From Ginkgo biloba (Eukaryota; Plantae; Ginkgophyta), in the NCBI GenBank assembly GCA_024626585.2, contig JANKJI020000004.1, positions 25,834,153 to 25,857,306 on the forward strand: a stretch of 23,154 nt of DNA. The letters are read 5' to 3'. The notes beneath the pieces are model-generated. The model worked only from the letters and a program-made list of their open reading frames with translations, was not told the DNA's origin and made no database searches. Shown piece by piece: positions 1-9,378 of this stretch (position 1 is the first letter of the stretch; every line of letters starts with the position of its first letter). The translations under genes were made by a program, and so were the position numbers.

Positions 1-426
1 ATATCCTATAGAAATTTGTGTCTTATCAAGTCCTTATTCGACAATAATAGAATCCCCTAGGGTTCCTTATGCGTCAACATTAGATGATACCATATCATTA
101 TGTCCCTCTTCACTCTACATCTAACCAAATATCTCATTGAGTGTAAATAATATATGTCACTTGACATTATTATGTGTTATTTATATCTACTAAACACACT
201 CAATGATTAATAATTAATTTATTATTAAAGTTTAATTAAAATTTTAGTAGCACTTCACAATAAATATTTGTACCTTACTACTAATCCAATTTTCTCTCTC
301 TCCTTATGATGAAAATTACCCTCAATAAAAATTTAAGATTTATATAAGTGATTCATCAATTTTGTGGGACATTGATTAAGTTGTTCTAAACAAACCTTAA
401 ATATATTGAGAATAATCCCATAGGTA

Positions 427-1030
427 ATGACCTCGATCAAGGTCATAAGACACCTTGATCAAGGTACTAACATATCTTCATTGGGGAAAAAACCACCTTG
501 GAAAATATCATATGGTTGAGAGGATCAAGAGATAAATATCCCCTTATGATTAATAACCATGATTAAGGTCTTTCAGTTATGGGTAGAACCTCGATTACAG
601 TGGACATAAATGAGGTTATGTGGGATCCTCAATCAAGGTCCCTTATACATATACAAGGGGATCAACTTAATTTATCTCATTACATGTGAATTAAATTATG
701 ATATGTTATCTATCATATAAAGGTAAGTGAGATCAATTGTTGGTGATTCAAAAATATTGACATACTAAGGAGACCTCAATTTAGATCCTATATTGTCAAC
801 GTTCATGGGCCACATCAATAGGATGTGATATACCTTAAGTAATTACCCCTCTAAATAATTAATATTATTAGTTAAATCGATTATGATATCATAATACCTT
901 GATTGAGGTACCTTGACATATACAAGGTTTGGTTTATTATCAATTGGAAGTGTTTTCAACGTAATGTGGGACCTCAATTTTGGTACATAAGGACCTCAAT
1001 TAAGGTCCCCATTATACATTGATCTAGGTC
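427..1030. repeat. Dispersed array of about 10 degenerate palindromic motifs (consensus ~GACCTYRATYAAGGTC)
   Basis: Examples: ATGACCTCGATCAAGGTCAT 427-446, ACCTTGATCAAGGT 452-465 (perfect palindrome), TCCTCAATCAAGGTCC ~626, ACCTTGATTGAGGT ~896, GGACCTCAATTAAGGTCC ~991. Confidence 0.75.
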
Positions 1031-1146
1031 TCTACTTAGAAATTTACATCACGTATGATTTTATAAATAAAGTGGTTAAGTGACCTTATAACCACCCTCA
1101 TATAATAAAATCCATGTAAAACCCATCCCTCTTTTAGGAACTTAGA

Positions 1147-1161
1147 CTTTGATACCACTTG
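1147..1161 (-). mobile_element. LTR retrotransposon 5' LTR/primer-binding-site junction (tRNA-iMet type); element on - strand, internal region to the left and LTR to the right of 1160
   Basis: The - strand reads ...AACA-AG-TGGTATCAAAG: LTR-terminal CA, a 2-nt spacer and a near match to the TGGTATCAGAGC PBS consensus. The far end of the LTR was not located. Confidence 0.55.
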
Positions 1162-3078
1162 TTACATGCCATATCAACCCATTGACTAATCAAAAAATAA
1201 TAATGGTTTGTAAGCTAAAAAAAAAGTTGAAACAAAAATAATAGATTATAATTAATTACTAATATAAGAGATAAATACTTGACTAAACTATAAAATAGGA
1301 AAATGAATATCTAAATCCATAATATTATCACTAATCNNNNNNNNNNNNNNNNNNNNNNNNNNNNNNNNNNNNNNNNNNNNNNNNNNNNNNNNNNNNNNNN
1401 NNNNNNNNNNNNNNNNNNNNNNNNNNNNNNNNNNNNNNNNNNNNNNNNNNNNNNNNNNNNNNNNCTCCTCCTCTTTATGCTTACATAAGAGATCCTACTT
1501 ATACACACAAGTTGTGGATTTATTTTCCTTTATATAAGTTTATCCTTGGACTACATTCTATTCTTATAATAAACCTCATGCTCTCTGTCTACTATTGACT
1601 ATTACTTTGGTAAAAAATATAACTTATTAGGAAATATTTTATTAGTATTTATAACTACCTCCTTCTCTATATCCTTTAGAATATTTAATGATTATACAAT
1701 ATATAAAATGATCACGTCCTTCATTAACTCTATGATGTTAGAATATGATATCATTTTTTTAAAACAACATTATGTTATATCAACTTTTCATCTAAGATCA
1801 TATAAATTATATCTTGAGTGACCCTTTGTCTTTACTTAAAATCCCTCATTTGATAACTTCTTTATTTTTCTACCTATTCCTAACAATTTTGTTGTTAACC
1901 TTTCTTAAGCCAATTAACTCTATATTTCTAAGAAATGATGCATATGCAAAATTTATAACTCTACATGTACATTAAATTACCACTTATTTTTCTTTCATGC
2001 ATTCTTAACAACCAAATGGTAGCTATACAATAAGATTTCATATATAAATCACCCACGCATTGATATTAGATAACAAAATATATAACCATAAGCATAACCC
2101 TTGATGTTGGGATAAGATAATACACATTATCTTTAGAACAATAAATTATTTTCGTAATGGCTAATATTGAACATGTTAGCTTCCCCTATGGTTAGGTTAT
2201 GAAGTAATCTCATAAATATTAATAATGATAATAACTAAATAATTTATTGATGTTGATACACTAGCNNNNNNNNNNNNNNNNNNNNNNNNNNNNNNNNNNN
2301 NNNNNNNNNNNNNNNNNNNNNNNNATAATTATTTTAAAAGTGCCTAGTGTATGAAATGCACCATGATCCTAAAGTGATAACAAATAAGATAACTTGTTTA
2401 TATTCATAGGATAACATTATTTATAAACTACACAACATCAGGGAAGAAGTTAGAAAACATAAGTATATGATACCAACTCTTAAAAGGGATTTCAAAACTA
2501 CAAATCAAATATGCAATTGGTTAATTGATCAAGTGATAGATTTCATTTATAAGGATATACAATTTCCTAACTTGGGCAACTGAGCACAAACCAATATAGA
2601 GGAAAATCTAATTGGCCTCTTTGAGTCCAAAAGTAGGTCTCAAGAAGAAAAAGTTAGTTCAAGAAAAATGAGTATATTATACTTCTATCTAAACACTATC
2701 ATGCATTTATTTTGTATATCAATGATAGTCAGAATAGTATCATTTTTATTTAATATAAATGATTAAATTATAAGATATAGTAGACTCTTATCTTATTTTG
2801 TATAACAAGATAAGTTATCAGATTAACTTAATGGATCTAAATGATGTAATAGAAATTGTGNNNNNNNNNNNNNNNNNNNNNNNNNNNNNNNNNNNNNNNN
2901 NNNNNNNNNNNNNNNNNNNNNNNNNNNNNNNNNNNNNNNNNNNNNNNNNNNNNNNNNNNNCATACAAGACTATGGAATTTATAATGGAAGTAAGGTAATA
3001 TAAGTGTTAAATAATCAAGGAATTATGGAATCAATCCCTATGTAAGGATAGTAGCACATAGGAATTAGATCCTCCCAT

Positions 3079-3868
3079 GCTTGGAATTTTATCTATACCT
3101 TTGCCCTTCAAGCTAAATTTTGATGACTTTTTTAGTGTGAATATTGTACTTCAATTAGCATTTCAAAAAAAAAAAAAGGAGGTTAACATGAATTGTTATC
3201 ATGTGGCCNNNNNNNNNNTAAGTCTTGGAACATTCAAAGACTTGTTGATGTTGTGATAATAATGAAATATGGCAAGGTCATAAGATCAATGACGTAAGCT
3301 CTAATGCAGGAACTAATGAGTTTTTAACTACCTAGTATTTTGACTTTATTATTTGAATTGCTCCTATGTTTTACTATTGCAAAGATACACTAATTTTTTT
3401 CCCATAAGAACATTGTAGAGGCCAAATACTAACAACCATATCTTATGATGAGATTTGTATAGAATCTTAATGAGAGTATCTAACATTTGTATATTTTGTA
3501 AGATGGTTTGAGACTCATATATATATTGTGCCTCTACAATGTTCATATGGGAAACACATTAGTGGTTCTTTGTAATAATAAAACATAGGAGGAATTCAAA
3601 TAGTAAAGTCAAAATAGTAGGTAGTCAAATGCCCCTTAGTTCTTCCATTGGAGTTTAAGTCATTAGTCCTATGACCTTACCATATTATTTTATTATGATA
3701 CCATAAACAAGTATTCAAAGAGGATGATGTTTAACTAGAGCCACATGGTATCAATTCATATGGACATCCATATATTTTTTTTAAATTTTAGTTGAAGTGC
3801 AATATGCATACTAAAAAATGTCATCAAAAATTAGCTTGATGGATAAGGGTAGATGTCAAATTCCAAGC
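3079..3868. repeat. Long inverted repeat / foldback element (arms ~3079-3422 and ~3530-3868, spacer ~107 bp)
   Basis: The arms align as reverse complements throughout. 3327-3373 vs the reverse complement of 3579-3625 is 44/47 identical, and the ends read GCTTGGAATTT...AAATTCCAAGC. Confidence 0.9.
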
Positions 3869-5014
3869 CTGATTCCAAACCACCTTACATGGATATTTGG
3901 TTCTAATATCAAAATTGGATGTGTATTATTGAGCCAATCCATTCCAAGACTAATTTACTTTAGTATTACCTAGCCTAATCCATATGCATGCAAATTTAAT
4001 AAAATAATGAATACACCTTATTGTNNNNNNNNNNNNNNNNNNNNNNNNNNNNNNNNNNNNNNNNNNNNNNNNNNNNNNNNNNNNNNNNNNNNNNNNNNNN
4101 NNNNNNNNNNNNNNNNNNNNNNNNGGTGATCAGAAAAATAATAATACATTTAATGATAAACTCATACTAGATAATGTAAGCTATAGCATAATTATATGAT
4201 AACTTTATGAACCCTATAAATAATGGACAGCATAAAAAATAAATAAATGTTGTATAATTTCAACATGCTTTAATAAAGAGATAAACATGTGAACATCTTC
4301 AAGTTGGAAGGCATACAATGGAAAGCACAAATCTTGCTAAGTAAAGTTGTACATGTGTATGACCAATGGCCCCACAACAAGTTGAAATTATTTGAAGGAA
4401 GTTAACTCATGTTTATATTGTCGGTAACACAAAACAATCTTTGAATTAGAATTGACCTTATCATTGGACACGAAGTCAAAATTCTTGATAGTCCCACTTG
4501 CAAATTTTAATCTTGGAAATAAACAATTGTATGTATCGACGATTGACGGACTAAAATGAAGATTGAACAAGAGGAAACGGCACCGCCCAAGGCACTATTG
4601 AAAAAATGTGGACCATTCAAAGTTGGTAAGCATTAGCAACTGTCCAACGTGAAAAACATATACTCCATTATTTTTTTTTTAATGGATTTCCGCCGCGGCT
4701 TCGGTCTCCTCGGCGCGTTGGAACCACTCAATTCTGTCGCCATAAATAGTTATCACGTTTCCAAAAGGTCTAAAATCAAGGCTACCGGAAGCAAAAAGCA
4801 AAAAGAAGGCCGGGTGTTTTCGTAGATTCGATATTTTTTAAATTAAAAAAATATATATAAAAATTGTGTCAATGTTGATTGTATGGTCATGCTTCATGAG
4901 TGCAGCGAAGGAAGATGTGTCATGTCGAGTTACCAAATACTTCCCCAATAAAGGAAAAAAAAAAAAAGGAAAGACNNNNNNNNNNNNNNNNNNNNNNNNN
5001 NNNNNNNNNNNNNN

Positions 5015-5578
5015 TAGAGAAGCAGGCAAAGCCTTAATTTCTAATTTTGGTTCCATCTCTAACTTTATGGTATTTTCCCTTTATAAAGATTTTTGTATCT
5101 TTACATGTATTGTATCCAACATATACGATCATATGGAATATTTCACTCGTAATTATATGATGCCAAACCAAATGATTAACCCATGGATAAAAAATCCTTA
5201 AAAAATATTATAATAGTAAATTACTATATATACAAAGCAAATTAAGTTAGGGTATNNNNNNNNNNNNNNNNNNNNNNNNNNNNNNNNNNNNNNNNNNNNN
5301 NNNNNNNNNNNNNNNNNNNNNNNNNNNNNNNNNNNNNNNNNNNNNNNNNNNNNNNAATACGATAAAAGCACCAGTAGTCTAAAAAGGTGACCTAAGAAGA
5401 ATCATAACTGGAGGTCAAGTTGTCACGTTCCAAACAGAGGAGAACCTGCTATCCTAGACTCAGAAAAAGAAAAGGCAGACAAATATGGAGGTGGATTCTG
5501 TAGTCGCGGAGAAGTAGAGAAGCAGGCATGTCCCATGCAAAGCCTTTCATTTCTAATTTTGGCTCCATCTCTAACTTT
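5015..5578 (+). repeat. Diverged direct duplication upstream of the AKT1-like gene (copies 5015-5066 and 5515-5578)
   Basis: TAGAGAAGCAGGCA-AAGCCTTAATTTCTAATTTTGGTTCCATCTCTAACTTT vs TAGAGAAGCAGGCA[TGTCCCATGCA]AAGCCTTTCATTTCTAATTTTGGCTCCATCTCTAACTTT. Confidence 0.85.
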
Positions 5579-5955
5579 GCAGTCTTTGCCGTTTTAGTCG
5601 ATGTGGATTGCGGGCTTGAAAAGTAGCGTTTTATAGGTGTGGTGGGATTTGTTTTACTATGCGAGAGAGTTCTCGTGAGGGACTGCTTTGGATACAGAGA
5701 AGATATTGGATATTCTTATACATACGGCATGGACCCCTCTGCTGCCTTCCCACGTCTTCAATTTGTAGGGGCAAAGCTCCAATTTCCGCCCATTCACGGA
5801 CTTTTTGCTGTTTCATTGCATTCTAGATTTGCCTGTCGCCATATCTCTATCTCTCTCTCTTTCTATATATGGCTTCGTTTTATATGTGTGATAATATCGT
5901 TGCAGGCAGAGGCAAGGCATCGACCAAGAGAATCAAAAGGCCGGAGTAGTGGGAG

Positions 5956-6131
5956 ATGGGCCGTGGCAGTCAGTGCGTCGGCAACTTGTTCTGCGCCAAA
6001 GATGAACACATCTCTGCGGATGGGAGTCATTACAGTTTCTCAAGTGGCATGCTGCCTTCCCTCGGTGCCAGGAGTAACCGCCGAGTAAAGCTTCGAAAGT
6101 CTGTTATTTCTCCTTACGATTCTCGTTACAG
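5956..6131 (+). CDS. AKT1: AKT1-like Shaker inward-rectifying K+ channel, coding exon 1 (N-terminal cytosolic segment)
   Basis: Translates MGRGSQCVGNLFCAKDEHISADGSHYSFSSGMLPSLGARSNRRVKLRKSVISPYDSRY(R). The 'GSHYS.S.G.LPSLGARSNRRVKLR...SPYD.RYR' block is the characteristic AKT1 N-terminus. An in-frame TAG at 5947-5949 fixes the ATG. The exon ends at donor TACAG|GTACAA (phase 2), the usual first-intron position in plant Shaker genes. Confidence 0.92.
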
Positions 6132-6999
6132 GTACAAAACATTCGTTTATTTATTTATAATATATATCAGATAAGCATTTTGACTTTGGTATATTCATGG
6201 ATGGCGTTTTTTAGCTTTTGGGTTTTATATTAAAAGGAGTCGTAACTTAGAATATAGTCACTCAGATTTTTCTGAAAAAAACATTTTGGCAGCATTTGCA
6301 TTTTAAAATTTTCATATACTTTGTGTCATTGTTAGCATTTTCAGTCGAAAGATTTGATGAGTGAATGAAATTGAAAACCTAAAGTAGATCCCTTAAAACG
6401 GAATAAACATAAACAGACTGCGAACTCACTGAATTCCTAAGGACTCCGTTCATCGGCAACATACCTGCCAACAGGTGTTGCCAAAAGGCTGAAATCCTTT
6501 TAACGAATTTACAACTGTTTTTGTCTTTTNNNNNNNNNNNNNNNNNNNNNNNNNNNNNNNNNNNNNNNNNNNNNNNNNNCCAAAGGAAAACTTGCAACAA
6601 AGAGTTAAAATGAACCAGAACAGCGATGATCGCCAAGAAGAGGCCGAATCTTGTTTCTATTACTAAGAAAACAAAATTTTTATCTCTAGCACAGCAAACA
6701 TAGAACATAGAAGATCCCCCCCCCAAAAAAATGTTATGCCCAAGTTATTTAAATATAGGATAATAATGGCCCTATTTTAAACGGTATCACTTAATGATCT
6801 GTTACAGTGAACTAATTATTNNNNNNNNNNNNNNNNNNNNNNNNNNNNNNNNNNNNNNNNNNNNNNNNNNNNNNNNNNNNNNNNNNNNNNNNNNNNNNNN
6901 NNNNNNNNNNNNNNNNNNNNTAGACACTAAATTCCATGTTTTTTTTTTATTTTTATTTCAAGTAGCTCAATCTGATACATTGTTGTATTGTTTAATCAG

Positions 7000-7075
7000 C
7001 ACATAGCAGCAGAAAAAGGTTACAAAGATTGTGTTCGCCTTCTACTGGACTTTGGAGCAGATGTCAATAGCAAAG
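7000..7075 (+). CDS. AKT1: AKT1-like channel, ankyrin-repeat exon
   Basis: Acceptor TTTAATCAG|, then HIAAEKGYKDCVRLLLDFGADVNSK plus 1 nt (ankyrin consensus HIAA..G...CV.LLL..GAD.N). Ends at a non-canonical donor AAAG|GCATGA. Confidence 0.88.
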
Positions 7076-7224
7076 GCATGATCTCTGTAGACCCTAAGAT
7101 ATGTGCTGATAGCTAACCAACTTAGCAGTATGTATAATCTGTTTGATGGTTCCGAAATTTGTTGGAATATAAATGTGGATAGTTTACCCAACTTGACTTT
7201 TTAAAGTTTTACCAAACTTACCAG

Positions 7225-7986
7225 ATCAACACGGAAGTGTTCCTTTATGGGAGGCAATTCTTGGGCGACATGGTCAAATTGCCAAATTACTGAGGGAAAA
7301 TGGTGCACATCTTCTATTTGGCAATGTTGGGAGTTTCGTCTGCATTGCTGCGGAAGGAGGCAATCTGGATGTGTTAAACGAATTACTGAGTTATGGAGTA
7401 GATATAAATGCAATCAAGGGTGATGGAGGGACAGCCCTCCATGTGGCTGTTTGTGAGGGATCAACGGAGGTGGTAAAATACCCTTTGGAGCATGGAGCAG
7501 ACATGAATAAAACTGGCACTAATGGTTGGACACCAAAGTCTTTGGCAGAGCAACAAGGGCATGAAGAAATAATGACATTATTCCGAGAAAAAACTCAGCT
7601 AATGGACACTCATTTTTGTATACCTATCAAAGACTCGTGTGTTCCATCTAGCATAGATGAGCAGAACCATAGAATTATCAACCATCCAGGATCTGAGGAG
7701 GAAACTGATATTCATTGTTTTGTAAATCCAAATTCCACTTTGCCAACTGGGAGAAAGAGAGTAAACAATTTTGAAAATTCTCTGTTTGGTATAGTGACAA
7801 TGCATTCCAGTAATAACCCTAGTGCCACCAGCGTGAATTCTGCAGTAGCAAAATGCTCGAGGACAATCCCTTCTCCTACAAGGGTGACTATTCACAGACA
7901 TCATCCAATGTGCAAGAAGACAAGTGAGAAATCGGGGAAGCTGATACTCCTTCCAAACTCAATGGAGGAACTTCTGAAAATAGGTG
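7225..7986 (+). CDS. AKT1: AKT1-like channel, large exon: ankyrin repeats, linker and start of KHA domain
   Basis: Acceptor TTACCAG|. Open frame (D)QHGSVPLWEAILGRH...GNLDVLNELLSYGVDIN...GGTALHVAVCEG...GWTPKSLAEQQGHEEI...NNFENSLFGIV...RVTI...GKLILLPNSMEELLKIG, in frame with ORF 7371..8060. Donor GGTG|GTAAGT. Confidence 0.92.
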
Positions 7987-8131
7987 GTAAGTATTTATAT
8001 CTTAAATGCTCTTTTCATATGGGATTAAGTCTCAATTCTCAGTTATGCTTTTGTTTTTGAGTCTCCACATAGGAGTCTGGCTGGAGATGTTGGTGGCAGT
8101 AGTTAACTGAGAGGATGTGGTGCTAATGCAG

Positions 8132-8259
8132 GTCAAAAATTTGATTACATGCCTATAAAAGTCTTGAATGAGGATTGTGCCGAAATAGATGACATGAGTG
8201 TCATCAGAGATGGTGATCGTCTATTCCTTGTTGACAATGAAGAGCTTGAATTAAGCTAA
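8132..8259 (+). CDS. AKT1: AKT1-like channel, last coding exon (KHA domain C-terminus)
   Basis: Acceptor CTAATGCAG|, then (G)QKFDYMPIKVLNEDCAEIDDMSVIRDGDRLFLVDNEELELS* with the KHA hallmark AEIDD..VIRDGD.L. The stop TAA is at 8257-8259 and the phase matches the preceding exon. Confidence 0.92.
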
Positions 8260-8600
8260 GAAGTACGATCAACAGAAGCCATACAAATTATCAGCACTCA
8301 TTCAATTAATACAACTGCTGGGGCTTTATTGGCAATGGGTATGCCCAAACCTAAAGGCATGAACACTTCTCACCTGTGACAGTTGGTGGCATAAAAAATA
8401 TTTCCACCTTTTTCTCCTAATTTTGATCTCCTATAAAAAGGTTGTGTGAAGGGTCACAAATTATAGCCTTTTGGGGTAGAAAAGGTTGTTAATAGGGTCA
8501 TTATTTCCACCTATTTTTCCACCCTTTTTATACTTTTTTAGTCAATTTTCAAAACGGTGGAAAAAGGGTTGTTATTTTCCACCTTTTTTGGAAGAAATAA

Positions 8601-8911
8601 TGTTAGAATATTTAGATTAATGTTTACATGTAATTGGGGTCACGATCTAATGTTGTGATGCCTAAGTCATTAATTAGGGTCAAAGTGTCATAAGGATGAG
8701 TCATTCATAGGTCAATCCCTAGGTGACACGTGTTGGGGGTTATTAGACAAGTGTCATGTCCAGAATTGTCAGTTACAATTTGTAAAATGTATAAATATAT
8801 GTTGAGGCTATGTACATTATTAATGCAGAGTTAATGAATTGATGGTAGACAAATTCTACCTTAAGTTTTGGTGTTTGTGTTCATTTTTTGGATGTTAGAC
8901 AAATTCTAATG
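8601..8911 (+). mobile_element. Possible degenerate solo-LTR-like segment
   Basis: Starts TGTTAGAAT, has an internal TATAAATA (~8790) and ends with a partial inverted match ATTCTAA. No clean terminal CA or TSD. Confidence 0.25.
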
Positions 8912-8919
8912 TCTGTTTC

Positions 8920-9378
8920 TATAGAAGGGTTGATCGATTGTCTACACTTAATGATCTTGATGAGAAGATCTTGTTTGTATACAAACAACTTGAGGCCTAC
9001 TATAATTAGAGTCCTATTGCTTATGAAAATAAAGTTAAACACATGAAATTTATAGTGGGTGATAAGACATGCTTATTTCAACACTCAATTCTCTTAATGC
9101 TTTTCTTTTCTTATGAATATCTTAGAAATTTTGACGAATTATTATAGTTTTGATAAATATTAATAAAATTCTAATCTTATTTTCATATTATTTAACTTCT
9201 TACATTATTTCTTAAGAAGGATTATCTCCTTTATAAGAAGGAAAAAATCATTCCAAAGTGGTTAGGTCCTTTCTTCATAGTGGAAGACCTCTATAATTGA
9301 GTATATCAAATATCCACCCTAGACGATACTAAATTTGAGAAATCTATAAATTTGTAACACTTAAATTTATATTATCCG
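8920..9378 (+). pseudogene. Ty3/Gypsy (Tat/Ogre-like) integrase C-terminal relic, interrupted by a 141-bp insert
   Basis: 8920-9063 reads YRRVDRLSTLNDLDEKILFVYKQLEAYYN*SPIAYENKVKHMKFIVGD. 9205-9378 reads LFLKKD...KIIPKWLGPFFIVEDLYN*VYQISTLDDTKFEKSINL*HLNLYYP. Together they give the F.VGDL.L, KW.GPF/Y and N..HL..YY motifs of non-chromovirus integrases, with in-frame stops. Confidence 0.8.

Noticed and set aside
427-1030. CRISPR-like array
   Set aside because: Eukaryotic context, degenerate repeats, irregular spacing and no cas genes.
2468-2476. Second PBS-like TGATACCA
   Set aside because: Short match with no adjacent LTR-terminal TG/CA.
5639-6088. 149-aa ORF as an independent gene
   Set aside because: GTG start, no recognisable domain, and it overlaps AKT1 exon 1 out of frame. 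Kept only as a possible uORF from the ATG at 5729.
6475-6529. AACAG|GTGTTGC as the acceptor of AKT1 exon 2
   Set aside because: The translation (RCCQKAEILLTNLQLFLS) does not resemble the expected WE.FL..LV.Y.AW.SPFEFGF, and there is no pyrimidine tract.
6379-6726. Hydrophobic - strand ORF as an inverted copy of the missing transmembrane exons
   Set aside because: No Shaker S1-S6 or pore motifs. The hydrophobicity follows from T-richness and the ORF spans an N-run.
7201-7904. - strand ORFs 7201..7413 and 7599..7904
   Set aside because: Antisense shadows of the AKT1 exon with no independent support.
7987-8060. C-terminal tail of ORF 7371..8060 (KYLYLKCSF...)
   Set aside because: Read-through into an intron. 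The GTAAGT donor and the downstream KHA exon explain the true structure.
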